The notes below the pieces were generated by a model that worked only from the letters and a program-made list of their open reading frames with translations, was not told the origin of the DNA and ran no database searches. Of a DNA stretch of 56,744 bases, positions 47,811-56,495 are shown in pieces (position 1 is the first letter of the stretch; each line of letters starts with the position of its first letter). The position numbers were made by a program, and so were the translations under genes. The stretch comes from a virus. Its lineage: Duplodnaviria > Caudoviricetes. The DNA lies in the IMG/VR virus record IMGVR_UViG_3300042808_000057, positions 1 through 56,744 of that record; one strand, 5' to 3'.

Positions 47811-48338
47811 TCAGCAACAGCAAAGCAGATAAGGCTGTCTGCACATGGTACAAACACGCCCCATTTTTCTTTCACGTTCGATAGCTTCACCGTGTTTTTT
47901 TCCACATTCGGCACACGCCACCCCCGCGAACAGCGGGAAACAAGCCACCTCTGATTTATCAAGGTCGCGACCACATCCGGTACATCGATAACGATTGGCG
48001 GCCCGCATTGCAATCATTTTGTCTAGCAGGCTTTCAGGAGCAGACACGGCAAGCGATTTCTCCTCATCAGTCAGCTTGTAGCCGTGCCTTCCGCCATCTG
48101 TCCATGCTGATAAGTGTTTGGGCTCTGTCCAAATCGTGCAATGGTTCTTGGTTCTAACTCCGAATTGGTCGGGCTTGTAATTGCCAGCGTCGTCAGTCCA
48201 TTGTGCGATACCGCTTAACATGACTGGGCTTTCTTTTGCGCATCGATTACAGAATAAATTGCCTTTGTCGTCTGTATGCGGTGTATTCCAAGCGGCGTCT
48301 TTTCCGCACTTGGAACATTTGCCGATTCTTGTTTGCAT
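47811..48338 (-). CDS. Multi-zinc-finger protein
   Basis: Several CxxC pairs and a CCC C-terminus; GGGAGG RBS. Confidence 0.65.
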   Translation of the reverse strand: MQTRIGKCSKCGKDAAWNTPHTDDKGNLFCNRCAKESPVMLSGIAQWTDDAGNYKPDQFGVRTKNHCTIWTEPKHLSAWTDGGRHGYKLTDEEKSLAVSAPESLLDKMIAMRAANRYRCTGCGRDLDKSEVACFPLFAGVACAECGKKHGEAIERERKMGRVCTMCRQPYLLCCC

Positions 48339-48366
48339 GGTTGTCTTAGCCTCCCTTGAAAAAGAA

Positions 48367-48537
48367 TTAAGCCACCTCAACATCCGGAAAGTCATAATTG
48401 GTATCCGTGGTTGACCATTCTAAGTCTTCCTTAATGTCGTATGCCTTTTTAGCTGCCTCGTGTTTGTCGGTTGCCTCGATTTCGACCACAACGGTTTGCG
48501 TCATGGTTCTTAACATCTCAACTTGGAATTTTGGCAT
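48367..48537 (-). CDS. DpnD/PcfM-like small protein (56 aa; not in ORF track)
   Basis: MPKFQVEMLRTMTQTVVVEIEATDKHEAAKKAYD. Confidence 0.55.
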   Translation of the reverse strand: MPKFQVEMLRTMTQTVVVEIEATDKHEAAKKAYDIKEDLEWSTTDTNYDFPDVEVA

Positions 48538-48751
48538 GTCTCTTAGCTCCTCTCGTTTTCCGGTATAGTCACATACACAGTCTTGCCCTCGGCGGTTACA
48601 TGCTTATACAGTTTCACGTTTTCGAGCTTATCAGTCATCTTTCGCATGATACCTAGTAGGCTTCCCTAGTATATATAGCTATCTGTTGCTATACGCACAT
48701 ATACGCACCTAAGATAACCTATATATAGGACAACCTGCCATAGATTAACGC

Positions 48752-48934
48752 ATGGAAGAAAAAATAACGACTATCCGGCTAAAACCGGAAACCAGGGATC
48801 GATTCAAGTATTATGGCTATAAGACAGAAACCTTTGATTCCATGCTGAATAGGTTGCTGGATGAAGTAGAAATCGCGAGAAAGCAAATAGGTGAGTCAAA
48901 GGGAAACGATAAAGCCCTTTGCTCATCTATGTGA
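48752..48934 (+). CDS. RHH/CopG-like regulator
   Basis: ITTIRLKPETRDRF..ETFDSMLNRLLD; leaderless after CTATATATA. Confidence 0.75.
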   Translation: MEEKITTIRLKPETRDRFKYYGYKTETFDSMLNRLLDEVEIARKQIGESKGNDKALCSSM

Positions 48935-48959
48935 GTAGGTTCTTGGGAGGGACTTACTC

Positions 48960-49175
48960 ATGCAAGCCGTTGGCCGCAATGATATTTATAACTTCGCGAA
49001 GGCAATCGCAGGGCAAGCAGACAATAAACCGCTTGTCGTCATCGATGGTTATCCCTACTTCGCGAGAGATCTGGTTTTCCGCACCGCCCTGGATATGTAT
49101 CGCGAGAAATGGGGCAGTATGCCTATCGCGAAGGTGGTGGAGGGATGCGATCTGGTTTGGGGGCTGCGACAATGA
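48960..49175 (+). CDS. Hypothetical protein
   Basis: GGGAGG RBS; ATGA overlap with the next gene. Confidence 0.55.
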   Translation: MQAVGRNDIYNFAKAIAGQADNKPLVVIDGYPYFARDLVFRTALDMYREKWGSMPIAKVVEGCDLVWGLRQ

Positions 49176-49741
49176 ACGCCTCCCTGGAAGAGCCGACTTT
49201 CATCATATCCAAGACGACCTTAGAAGAGATGCTAAAAGCGGCTTCGTGTAAGGCCCAAGAATCGATTATCTTACTCCAAGATGAACTAAGACAAGGCAAA
49301 GAACGAGAAAGCGCCGCTAACGCGAAATTAGACGCTCTTTTAGCCGATCTGAAGAAGTACAAAGTATTTTCTGATGGTCTGCGAATAGAAGAGCTTCGCG
49401 AGGAAGTTGATACTCTAAAAGCAGAAGTCGCGAGGTTGCAAGGCGCACGCAAACCAGGATCTAAGCAGTCTGCCCGGCTCGCGAAGTTAGATCAACTTTT
49501 GCTGTCGCGAAATAATTCTCCAATGACTTTCGCAGAGATAGGCAAGATCTTGGAGTTGGGCAGTCATTCCCCGGATGGCAAGAAAAACACTCGCCGCCAA
49601 AACATGACTCTCCTGGGAAAGACCTTAGAAGCCCTTCCAGATCGTTTTGAGGTATTCAATAGTAAAACCCAAAACGGTAAGATGGTAAAGTTAACACGCG
49701 AATACTTCCAGCACCTCGTGAGGGTCAGCCAAGGGGTGTAA
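49172..49741 (+). CDS. Coiled-coil plus wHTH protein, candidate replication initiator 2
   Basis: RLAKLDQLLL..PMTFAEIGKILELG; similar to 23236-23607; its stop codon overlaps the first repeat of origin-like element 2. Confidence 0.6.
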   Translation: MNASLEEPTFIISKTTLEEMLKAASCKAQESIILLQDELRQGKERESAANAKLDALLADLKKYKVFSDGLRIEELREEVDTLKAEVARLQGARKPGSKQSARLAKLDQLLLSRNNSPMTFAEIGKILELGSHSPDGKKNTRRQNMTLLGKTLEALPDRFEVFNSKTQNGKMVKLTREYFQHLVRVSQGV

Positions 49742-49937
49742 ATGTTTACACTTTACAAGATAGGCTAACTCTCTATAAGGTTCTCTGACCTTCTCGGAAG
49801 ATAATAATAAAAGCATGTGGTTTGTGCATGTTTTTATATTAAGTTAGTTTGGAGAAGGAGAAGAGATAAGATAGATATTATACTAGAAGTTAAATCTTAT
49901 CTATAGAGAAGATTGCCTGTAAAGTGTAAAGTTTACA
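49737..49937. other. Candidate replication origin 2
   Basis: 13-bp inverted repeat TTTACACTTTACA (49745-57) / TGTAAAGTGTAAA (49918-30) with extra TGTAAA..TTTACA units, around an AT-rich spacer. Confidence 0.6.
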
Positions 49938-49947
49938 GCGATACAAG

Positions 49948-50454
49948 ATGTCCGATAAGTCCGGTGTTTACGTTATAAGATGCCATAACCACTACAAGAT
50001 TGGCAAAGCAGATGATCTAAAGCAGCGACTTCATGATCTTCAAGTAGGATGCCCTTACGAGCTATCCGTTTCTGCCTTCTTGCCATGTGAGCTATCCGAG
50101 GCGTTCAAACTTGAGCAAATGCTTCATAGAAAATACAGTGGTTGCCGTGCTCGTGGTGAATGGTTCAAGTTAAGCAGAGCGGATCTAAAGGAGATATGTA
50201 GTTTCAATGAACGCGGCATATCCGGGTTAATCGATGTCTCTCTCAAAGAGCATACTTTTGCTGAATATGACAAGGCAGTTCTTGATATAATAAGATCAAT
50301 ATATAAAATAAACAAAATCGCATTTGAATCTATAATTATCGAATGTTCTGAGCAGATAGGAATAAGTGAAATCGACATCAAGGAAACTATTAAGCGGTTA
50401 ATGCAATATGGTGAAATAGAATCTCCATGCAAAGGCGCATTCCAGCCAGCTTGA
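49948..50454 (+). CDS. GIY-YIG (T5orf172/MUG113-like) protein with C-terminal wHTH
   Basis: GVYVI..YKIGKA..RL..LQVGCP..LEQMLH..GEWF; C-terminal TIKRLMQYGEIESP resembles an archaeal MCM-type wHTH. Confidence 0.8.
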   Translation: MSDKSGVYVIRCHNHYKIGKADDLKQRLHDLQVGCPYELSVSAFLPCELSEAFKLEQMLHRKYSGCRARGEWFKLSRADLKEICSFNERGISGLIDVSLKEHTFAEYDKAVLDIIRSIYKINKIAFESIIIECSEQIGISEIDIKETIKRLMQYGEIESPCKGAFQPA

Positions 50455-50491
50455 TAGCGAATAATTATACGGTTTAGGAGAGAATTATAAT

Positions 50492-50743
50492 TTGTCTCAT
50501 ACTAAGCGAATCTACAACCGCAAGCCCCTTCTCGGAGGCCCTGGCCTGAAAGGATGGATCACAAGCAATCTCGATGATCCTGAGATAGTAGCCATCGCAG
50601 AGGCTAATTATGTCTTTAGGCGGTATGGCGAATACTGCATGGGGCATTGCCATCATTGTAGGGATTGGCGATTAGATAGCAGAAGAAGACAGGAATGGAA
50701 GAGGGAGGAGAGATATGAATCAACTGCCAGATTGCATTTTTGA
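50492..50743 (+). CDS. Small basic hypothetical protein
   Basis: AGGAG RBS and TTG start; CMGHCHHC motif. Confidence 0.5.
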   Translation: MSHTKRIYNRKPLLGGPGLKGWITSNLDDPEIVAIAEANYVFRRYGEYCMGHCHHCRDWRLDSRRRQEWKREERYESTARLHF

Positions 50744-51407
50744 AAGTTCAAACGATGATGGCATACCAGATCTCCTGAAATCGATGGAAGCCGATTATGC
50801 AGATTACCCTCTCGCTTATGGATCTGTTCGCCGGGATCGCGATTATGTAGGCAGGACGATTCATTTCTATGTGGATGACTACCGCTTTAACGCTCTCGGA
50901 AATGCCGTCGAATACGGGCAAGAGTTCTGGAAGCTCTGGGAAAGACCTGACCGTATTTGGCGAAGCGGTGCACCCTCATTTTGTGAGATTAACTTTTCCA
51001 CTTCCAATGCACAACCAAGGGCGCGGGCCATCTGGCAGATCTACAAGAAAAGACATCTCTCGCGATATCTTCAGGAACAGGGGATGAGATGTTTTGTTGA
51101 CCTAAATGTCGCTCCAAGATGGGCTGAAGAGAACCTTCTAGGCGTGCCTCTCGGATGGAAGGCATTTGCTACTAGGGTACATAAAAACGACTCGTTGCAA
51201 ACGATTACAGATCAAGCCTCCCTGGCAGAAAGCCACGCGGGAACCGATCAAATCAAGTTCATGGTCTATGGGCACCGTCGCGAAATAGAAGAATTGTGCA
51301 AACGATCCGGCTGGATATATGTCTCTGAGCAGGCTAGTATCTGGCAAAAGCGAGATGAATCTAAGGCAATGAAGCGAATGGAAAGACCAATCGAGGTGTT
51401 TTGTTAA
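50715..51407 (+). CDS. DUF4417-like protein
   Basis: IHFYVDDYRF..NFST..AIWQIYKKRHLSRYLQEQG..LLGVP. Confidence 0.7.
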   Translation: MNQLPDCIFESSNDDGIPDLLKSMEADYADYPLAYGSVRRDRDYVGRTIHFYVDDYRFNALGNAVEYGQEFWKLWERPDRIWRSGAPSFCEINFSTSNAQPRARAIWQIYKKRHLSRYLQEQGMRCFVDLNVAPRWAEENLLGVPLGWKAFATRVHKNDSLQTITDQASLAESHAGTDQIKFMVYGHRREIEELCKRSGWIYVSEQASIWQKRDESKAMKRMERPIEVFC

Positions 51408-51745
51408 TGGGAGCTGGGGCAGGTGGTGGTGGGAATGGTGGTAGACCGGGCGGTGGTGGAGGCGGGCAATCAGGCCAACCGCAACCAGGAGATACTGCGC
51501 TAACCGCAAATATGCGAAAATACTACGAGCCGGGCGGGGCAACCGTGCAGCAATTCAGCGACGGCGGCGTGCAAGCGACACATCCGGCGGCAACAATACG
51601 GATCTATGCGGATAGATCCGCTGAGGTGTGGTCGTCTCGCGACGGGACAAAAGCATTCAAACCGCAAGCGGGCAGACTGCAAACGTATAAAGATCCCATG
51701 AAGGCCCTCGGAGAGTTTGAAAAAAGAACTGGAATAATCACTTAG
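51407..51745 (+). CDS. Protein with Gly-rich N-terminus, coupled to the DUF4417-like gene
   Basis: MGAGAGGGGNGGRPGGGGG; TAATG overlap. Confidence 0.6.
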   Translation: MGAGAGGGGNGGRPGGGGGGQSGQPQPGDTALTANMRKYYEPGGATVQQFSDGGVQATHPAATIRIYADRSAEVWSSRDGTKAFKPQAGRLQTYKDPMKALGEFEKRTGIIT

Positions 51746-52177
51746 AGGCGGCGATTTCTAGCAGCTTCTTTACGGCGGCTTCCGCCGGATAACCATATTC
51801 CCGGATGGCCTCTAAAGTATCTTTCGATACCTGCATAGAGGTCATCACGGGTTCCCGGATGACGCATTCATCCTCGGTATTCAAGATGCATGAATCACCC
51901 GGTTGGGCCTCAGGATGCTTGCAGTATCCATGAAAGCCATCTGGCTGATCCTTCCAAAATATGCATGAGGGCATTAGTAGCCCTCATCATTGTGTACTTG
52001 GTCGGGTTCGGTCCCTGCCGGGTAATCAACTGTGATTGGCTTGGATCTCATTGCCATCTCGGCGATAGGGGCCAATCTCCTTACATCGGCTTCAGTCATA
52101 TTCAGTTCCTTGGCGATTATCTGAATTTCGGCTTCGCTCATGGGTTGCATTTTAGTATCAATCCTGTGCCTTTGCAC
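51738..52177 (-). other. Two small minus-strand hypothetical genes (51738-51974, 51974-52177)
   Basis: Coupled ORFs downstream of a TATTTATA box. Confidence 0.5.
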
Positions 52178-52340
52178 AATACCTTATAGAATCTATAAGT
52201 ATAAATAACCTTCCCTCACCATGTTCCATGCTACCACATGGCACGCCTACAACTTACACGCATGTAAAAAACGACATCACCTGACGCGATACTTATAAAC
52301 ATCATTACGTTTATCTAACACCAGTTTAGATAAAACAATT

Positions 52341-52423
52341 GCTGGATAGGCTGATCCCCGAAAACCGCTTTCGCAGGCGGCTTCCAGCTCTTAAACTCCT
52401 GCGATACACGATGCGAGGTGTAT
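52341..52423 (+). ncRNA. Structured leader RNA with a loop complementary to two downstream sites
   Basis: GCTGGA/TCCAGC and CCGC/GCGG stems; TCGCAGG complements CCTGCGA (52398-404); hairpin ATACAC/GTGTAT partly covers the RBS GAGGTG. Confidence 0.55.
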
Positions 52424-52426
52424 TAA

Positions 52427-52750
52427 GTGATGAGACATAACATAGCGGGCTCAGTTTATGTTTTGGAAGAATACGTGGGATTTTTTAATAATTATAAGGT
52501 AGGCATTTCAGGGAACGTCGATAAGCGTATTAGTGCATTGTCGTCGCGTTCTGTTGGCAATCTCTCCCTAGTATATAGAAAGGATTTCAAGTTTTGGGAA
52601 GATGCGCAAGATGTAGAATTGGCCGCGCATAGCTTTTTGTCTGATTATAGGATACCAGGTAAAGGTAGGGAGTGGTATAGAACCGATTTAAATAACATAA
52701 TCCGTACGATTGAGACAATAATACATCCTAACAACGAATGTTATACATAG
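52427..52750 (+). CDS. GIY-YIG (T5orf172/MUG113-like) protein
   Basis: GSVYVL..YKVGIS..KRI..VELAAH..GREWY. Confidence 0.8.
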   Translation: MMRHNIAGSVYVLEEYVGFFNNYKVGISGNVDKRISALSSRSVGNLSLVYRKDFKFWEDAQDVELAAHSFLSDYRIPGKGREWYRTDLNNIIRTIETIIHPNNECYT

Positions 52751-52973
52751 TCATGAGAAAATCGATCAAACAACGCTTTTAGCAAAGATCACATTCCTAT
52801 AGTATTGGTAAATTGTGGTTTACAACTCACTGATACCGATAAATCGGTATCAGCGAAAACGAAATTTTGCGGTAGAATCCGTCGCGTCACCCTATACCTT
52901 TCGACCGCGAAAGGTGGCTTATAAAAATATGTTATCGCTTTTAGCAGACATCGCAAAATGCAGGTTACATGCA

Positions 52974-53222
52974 CTAAGCTGGCATCCAATCAATCCGATC
53001 TGATATGATTGTATCCTTCTCGACGACCAGGGCATTGATAAGCAATATGGTGCCGCGATTCTTTACGTTCTGCATGGGGCCGGACATCTCGATTACTGGA
53101 TACTTAGCGCCTATCAACATGGTGGCGTTCGGGATTTTGGTAGTGTATCGTTGCGAGAAGCTACCATAGCGGGTTGGCAATCCCAAAAAATCTATTGTGA
53201 AATTTCTTGCCTTAATTTCCAT
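52974..53222 (-). CDS. Hypothetical protein
   Basis: Leaderless ORF after a TATTTA box. Confidence 0.45.
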   Translation of the reverse strand: MEIKARNFTIDFLGLPTRYGSFSQRYTTKIPNATMLIGAKYPVIEMSGPMQNVKNRGTILLINALVVEKDTIISDRIDWMPA

Positions 53223-53270
53223 AGGCAGCTATTGATTTCATAGGATAAATAATTATCGGAGCGTCCATTC

Positions 53271-53696
53271 ATGTCTATAATTTCTGATATATGCAACCAC
53301 CTAGCGGATATGCCTAACCAGACACTACCAATCTATCCTATGCAATTCCCATCCGATGTGGTCAACTGCATTTGCATTTTCCCTACAGGCGGCGGCGTGG
53401 GTGGCAATATCGGTAATAGGCCCTCCGCGACCTTCGGCCAATCTCTCGCGACAGTGGGATATATCGATTATCCCGGTTGCCAAATTCAGGTTCGCTATAC
53501 CGATCCTTGGAATGCTTTTCGCATAGCAGAGGACATACGGCAATGGCTGGATGAGAACCTGCCCACCGGATATCTGAGATGTGATACTAATAGGAGCCTG
53601 CCCGACGATTTGACGAATGATGCTGATTTAGGGATGTCCGGAGGCCCGGCATATCGATTTTCGGTTGACTTTAGCATGAGGAAGGTGCGGGCATAA
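53271..53696 (+). CDS. Tail terminator / tail completion protein
   Basis: IDYPGCQIQVR..AFRIAEDI..YRFSVDF. Confidence 0.7.
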   Translation: MSIISDICNHLADMPNQTLPIYPMQFPSDVVNCICIFPTGGGVGGNIGNRPSATFGQSLATVGYIDYPGCQIQVRYTDPWNAFRIAEDIRQWLDENLPTGYLRCDTNRSLPDDLTNDADLGMSGGPAYRFSVDFSMRKVRA

Positions 53697-55348
53697 TGGT
53701 AGATACTCCTATCCAGCAGATTGGCGATGAATACGCCGCGAAGGTTGCAGAATCCTTTGAGGCGTGGGCAGAAGATGCAAAGGCATCCTACCCAAACATC
53801 AAACCGTTTGACCCGACTCCCATCTTACAAGAGGCCATGATGGCCGCTGGTGATGCTCAGTTGGCAGAACTTAGTGGCCTGGTAGGATTCAAGGTTAAGT
53901 TTGACCTTAAATCTCCCGAAGCAATCGCCTGGGCGAAAGAATATGGTGCTGAGCAAGTCAAATATGTCAATGCTTCCACCAAAACCGCGATTAGACAGAT
54001 AACCGTTCGCGGCTTGAACGATGGCCTATCGCCGCAAGCTCAGAAGAAAGCGATAAAAGAAATCGTCGGGCTCTTGCCTCAGCATGTGGTTGCAGTCCAA
54101 TCTTACCGCGAGAGCTTGTTATCTTCCGGCATGGATTCTGGCAGCGTTGACCGGCTTGCTGCTAAATATGTAGATAAGTTGCTGAGATATCGGGCCGGGA
54201 CCATTGGCTTAACAGAATCACATACCGCGACCAATGAAGGCGCAAGACAGGTCAATCAAGATGCTGTTAAGCGTGGTGTCCTGGCAGAAAATGAATACCT
54301 GCAAGAATGGCTTTCCGCCGGGGATAAGCGGCGGTGTTCTCGATGTGGTGGCCTGCAAGGCAAGACTGCTAAGATAAACGGGGATTTTGCGGGTGATGGC
54401 AGGGGGCCGCCTTTACATCCGAGATGTCGGTGTACGGTGGTCCTGGTTAAGAATCCTGAATATAAACCAATTACCCGAATACAAGACCTGATAGCAGGGA
54501 TAGATTCGAAGTCGCTCAGATATAGGCCATTGTCAGAGGAAAGGGCTGCGATTCTTGCACAAGCAAACCGTGATGTTCTCGCGGCACGATCTAAATTAAC
54601 TGCCTTCGACCTCAAAAAAATAAATCCGTTGGGTGCGAGATTCGAGGCAGCGGTTGGAAAAGAACAGGAAGCTTTGCAAGTAGAATTAGAAAAACTCGCA
54701 GTCAAACGAGCCACACTATCGAACGCATTGGCAGAAAAAAGCTTAAAAGTTGATCGGATACGGCTATCTCAAGTTTATTCAAGGGGATATGATCTATCCG
54801 GTTTTAAGATTGACGGCGATTTGGTGGACGTATCTGTAACTGAATTAAATAACGGAATGCGTATAATTGTTAATAAGGAGTTCGCAGACAAATCAATCTA
54901 CAACCCCGCCGTTTTGTTCCGAAAATATGAAGAGATGCCAGATCTTCTGAAGTCTGGCATTGATGACATATACGTTCTCGGACGCGACGGCATTAATCCG
55001 GGATGGGGCTTGTCAGGGGCAGACGCATCACATAGCGTAGATGAAATCGGGCGGCATTATGTAACATTATATAGGCCGTCCGGTGTGGGCGTATTCAAGC
55101 ACGAAGCAGCACACGGATTAGAGCAAAAGATGCCGAGAATATCTGGCAAGATGTTTTCTGATTCGCCCATGTGGGTAGAAGCACAAAAGGCAGATGTAAA
55201 ATACCCATCGCGGTATGCAAAAGAGGGCGGTAACTGGGAAGACTTTGCGGATTCTGTTGACATCTTCCTGAGCATGCCTGAAAAGTTTAAAGCCGCATGT
55301 CCCAACCGGTCAAAGATATTGGAGGAAATGTTCAATGTCAAAGACTGA
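53696..55348 (+). CDS. MuF / SPP1 gp7-like head morphogenesis protein with C-terminal HExxH metallopeptidase-like domain
   Basis: TIGLTE..WLSAGDKRRCSRC..PPLHPRCRC, then a coiled coil and FKHEAAHGLE..SRYA..EDFADSV..CPNR. Confidence 0.85.
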   Translation: MVDTPIQQIGDEYAAKVAESFEAWAEDAKASYPNIKPFDPTPILQEAMMAAGDAQLAELSGLVGFKVKFDLKSPEAIAWAKEYGAEQVKYVNASTKTAIRQITVRGLNDGLSPQAQKKAIKEIVGLLPQHVVAVQSYRESLLSSGMDSGSVDRLAAKYVDKLLRYRAGTIGLTESHTATNEGARQVNQDAVKRGVLAENEYLQEWLSAGDKRRCSRCGGLQGKTAKINGDFAGDGRGPPLHPRCRCTVVLVKNPEYKPITRIQDLIAGIDSKSLRYRPLSEERAAILAQANRDVLAARSKLTAFDLKKINPLGARFEAAVGKEQEALQVELEKLAVKRATLSNALAEKSLKVDRIRLSQVYSRGYDLSGFKIDGDLVDVSVTELNNGMRIIVNKEFADKSIYNPAVLFRKYEEMPDLLKSGIDDIYVLGRDGINPGWGLSGADASHSVDEIGRHYVTLYRPSGVGVFKHEAAHGLEQKMPRISGKMFSDSPMWVEAQKADVKYPSRYAKEGGNWEDFADSVDIFLSMPEKFKAACPNRSKILEEMFNVKD

Positions 55349-55472
55349 ACTCCGTCCGGGTGTATTCCTGTTTGAATATGACAATGGGAAAAGGTATATC
55401 CAAATATTTGAAAATGGTGTCATGGTAAAAGAGGCGTTTTTCGGAGTGAGCGATGCCAGTCACTTGGAATGA
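55335..55472 (+). CDS. Small protein overlapping the MuF stop codon (45 aa; not in ORF track)
   Basis: GGAGG RBS; MSKTELRPGVFLFEYDNGKRYIQIFENGVMVKEAFF. Confidence 0.55.
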   Translation: MSKTELRPGVFLFEYDNGKRYIQIFENGVMVKEAFFGVSDASHLE

Positions 55473-55788
55473 TACCGCCTTCAAGAAATCCACCAAAACC
55501 AAAGGCATGGACGGCATTCATGAATGGTGTCTTACCGTCTGGCATCCGCAAGCCGCCAGAGATTGCCCGGTGGATGGCGGCACCATGAAAGGCTCGCTTG
55601 GGGTCGAAAGGGACGACGCCGCTAAATGTTGCTATGTGGGTGGTGGAGGTGCGGCTAGGGATTACATTCTGAAGCAAGAGCTTGATTCTAGCCTTCATCA
55701 TACAGTTGGCAAGTCTCATTTCATTTCGGATGCCGTGCAACAGAATATAAGTAAACTGCCTCAATATGTTAAGAAACATGTAGGCTAA
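55453..55788 (+). CDS. HK97 gp10-like neck/tail protein
   Basis: CPVDGGTMKGS..YILKQE..HHTVGKSHFISDAV. Confidence 0.75.
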   Translation: MPVTWNDTAFKKSTKTKGMDGIHEWCLTVWHPQAARDCPVDGGTMKGSLGVERDDAAKCCYVGGGGAARDYILKQELDSSLHHTVGKSHFISDAVQQNISKLPQYVKKHVG

Positions 55789-55938
55789 TCATTTGGGCGT
55801 ATCCGGGTAAAGATGGCCGTGCGCCTCGCATACCCCATGAGCTTCACAATAATATTCTTGAAATCCGCTCCACCAAGTACCGGGTTTGCCACAGAAGCAG
55901 CACGGTCCGGTATAACCGTTATATTCTGACTTTTTCAT
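55789..55938 (-). CDS. Small antisense zinc-finger gene (49 aa; not in ORF track)
   Basis: MKKSEYNGYTGPCCFCGKPG..YYCEAH; TTTAAATA box upstream on the minus strand. Confidence 0.5.
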   Translation of the reverse strand: MKKSEYNGYTGPCCFCGKPGTWWSGFQEYYCEAHGVCEAHGHLYPDTPK

Positions 55939-56028
55939 AGGCGTTTGTTAAGAACCAATTCTATTTAAATCTTTTCTCTTCTGTGATTGCTTCGCTGCAA
56001 TGCGATTCATGAGATGCTAGCATGTAAG

Positions 56029-56046
56029 ATATAGTTGCAACTATAT
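56029..56046. promoter_or_regulatory. Perfect 18-bp palindrome before the tail tube RBS
   Basis: ATATAGTTGCAACTATAT directly followed by AAGGAG. Confidence 0.5.
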
Positions 56047-56062
56047 AAGGAGATAAATACAA

Positions 56063-56461
56063 ATGACAATATTAGCCGGAAAGGCTGGAAAAGTAACACA
56101 GGCTACAGAGTTCGTAGCAGAAATTAAGGCATGGAAGATCAATCTCAAAGCAGATACCAAGGAAACAACCCCAATGGCCACAGATAGTTCAACCGCCTGG
56201 AAGACCTACCTGTCCACCCTCAAGGGATGGGATGGCAGCATAGATACCGTAGGCCTGGATATGACTGACACCAACGGGCAGCTTGCCCTATTCAATCTGA
56301 TAGGCGGCGCAAGCGTTGCCATGAAGTTCTACGTCAATGATACCAATTACTTCTCTGGTAGCGCATTGATCACCGGCCTTTCGCCTTCCGCTGACGTATC
56401 AGATGTCGTGCAGGGCGGCAGCTTCTCCTTCCAGGGAACCGGCGCACTGACATATAGCTGA
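56063..56461 (+). CDS. Major tail tube protein
   Basis: 132 aa; WKTYLSTLKGWDGSI..YFSGSALIT..SFSFQGTGAL, typical of siphovirus tail tubes. Confidence 0.88.
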   Translation: MTILAGKAGKVTQATEFVAEIKAWKINLKADTKETTPMATDSSTAWKTYLSTLKGWDGSIDTVGLDMTDTNGQLALFNLIGGASVAMKFYVNDTNYFSGSALITGLSPSADVSDVVQGGSFSFQGTGALTYS

Positions 56462-56495
56462 GGTGTCCAATGATAACTTTTTTCGGAGGTGACAC

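Noticed and set aside
52350-52364. Hammerhead ribozyme (CTGA...GAAA)
   Set aside because: The core reads CTGATCC rather than CUGANGA and there is no stem II.
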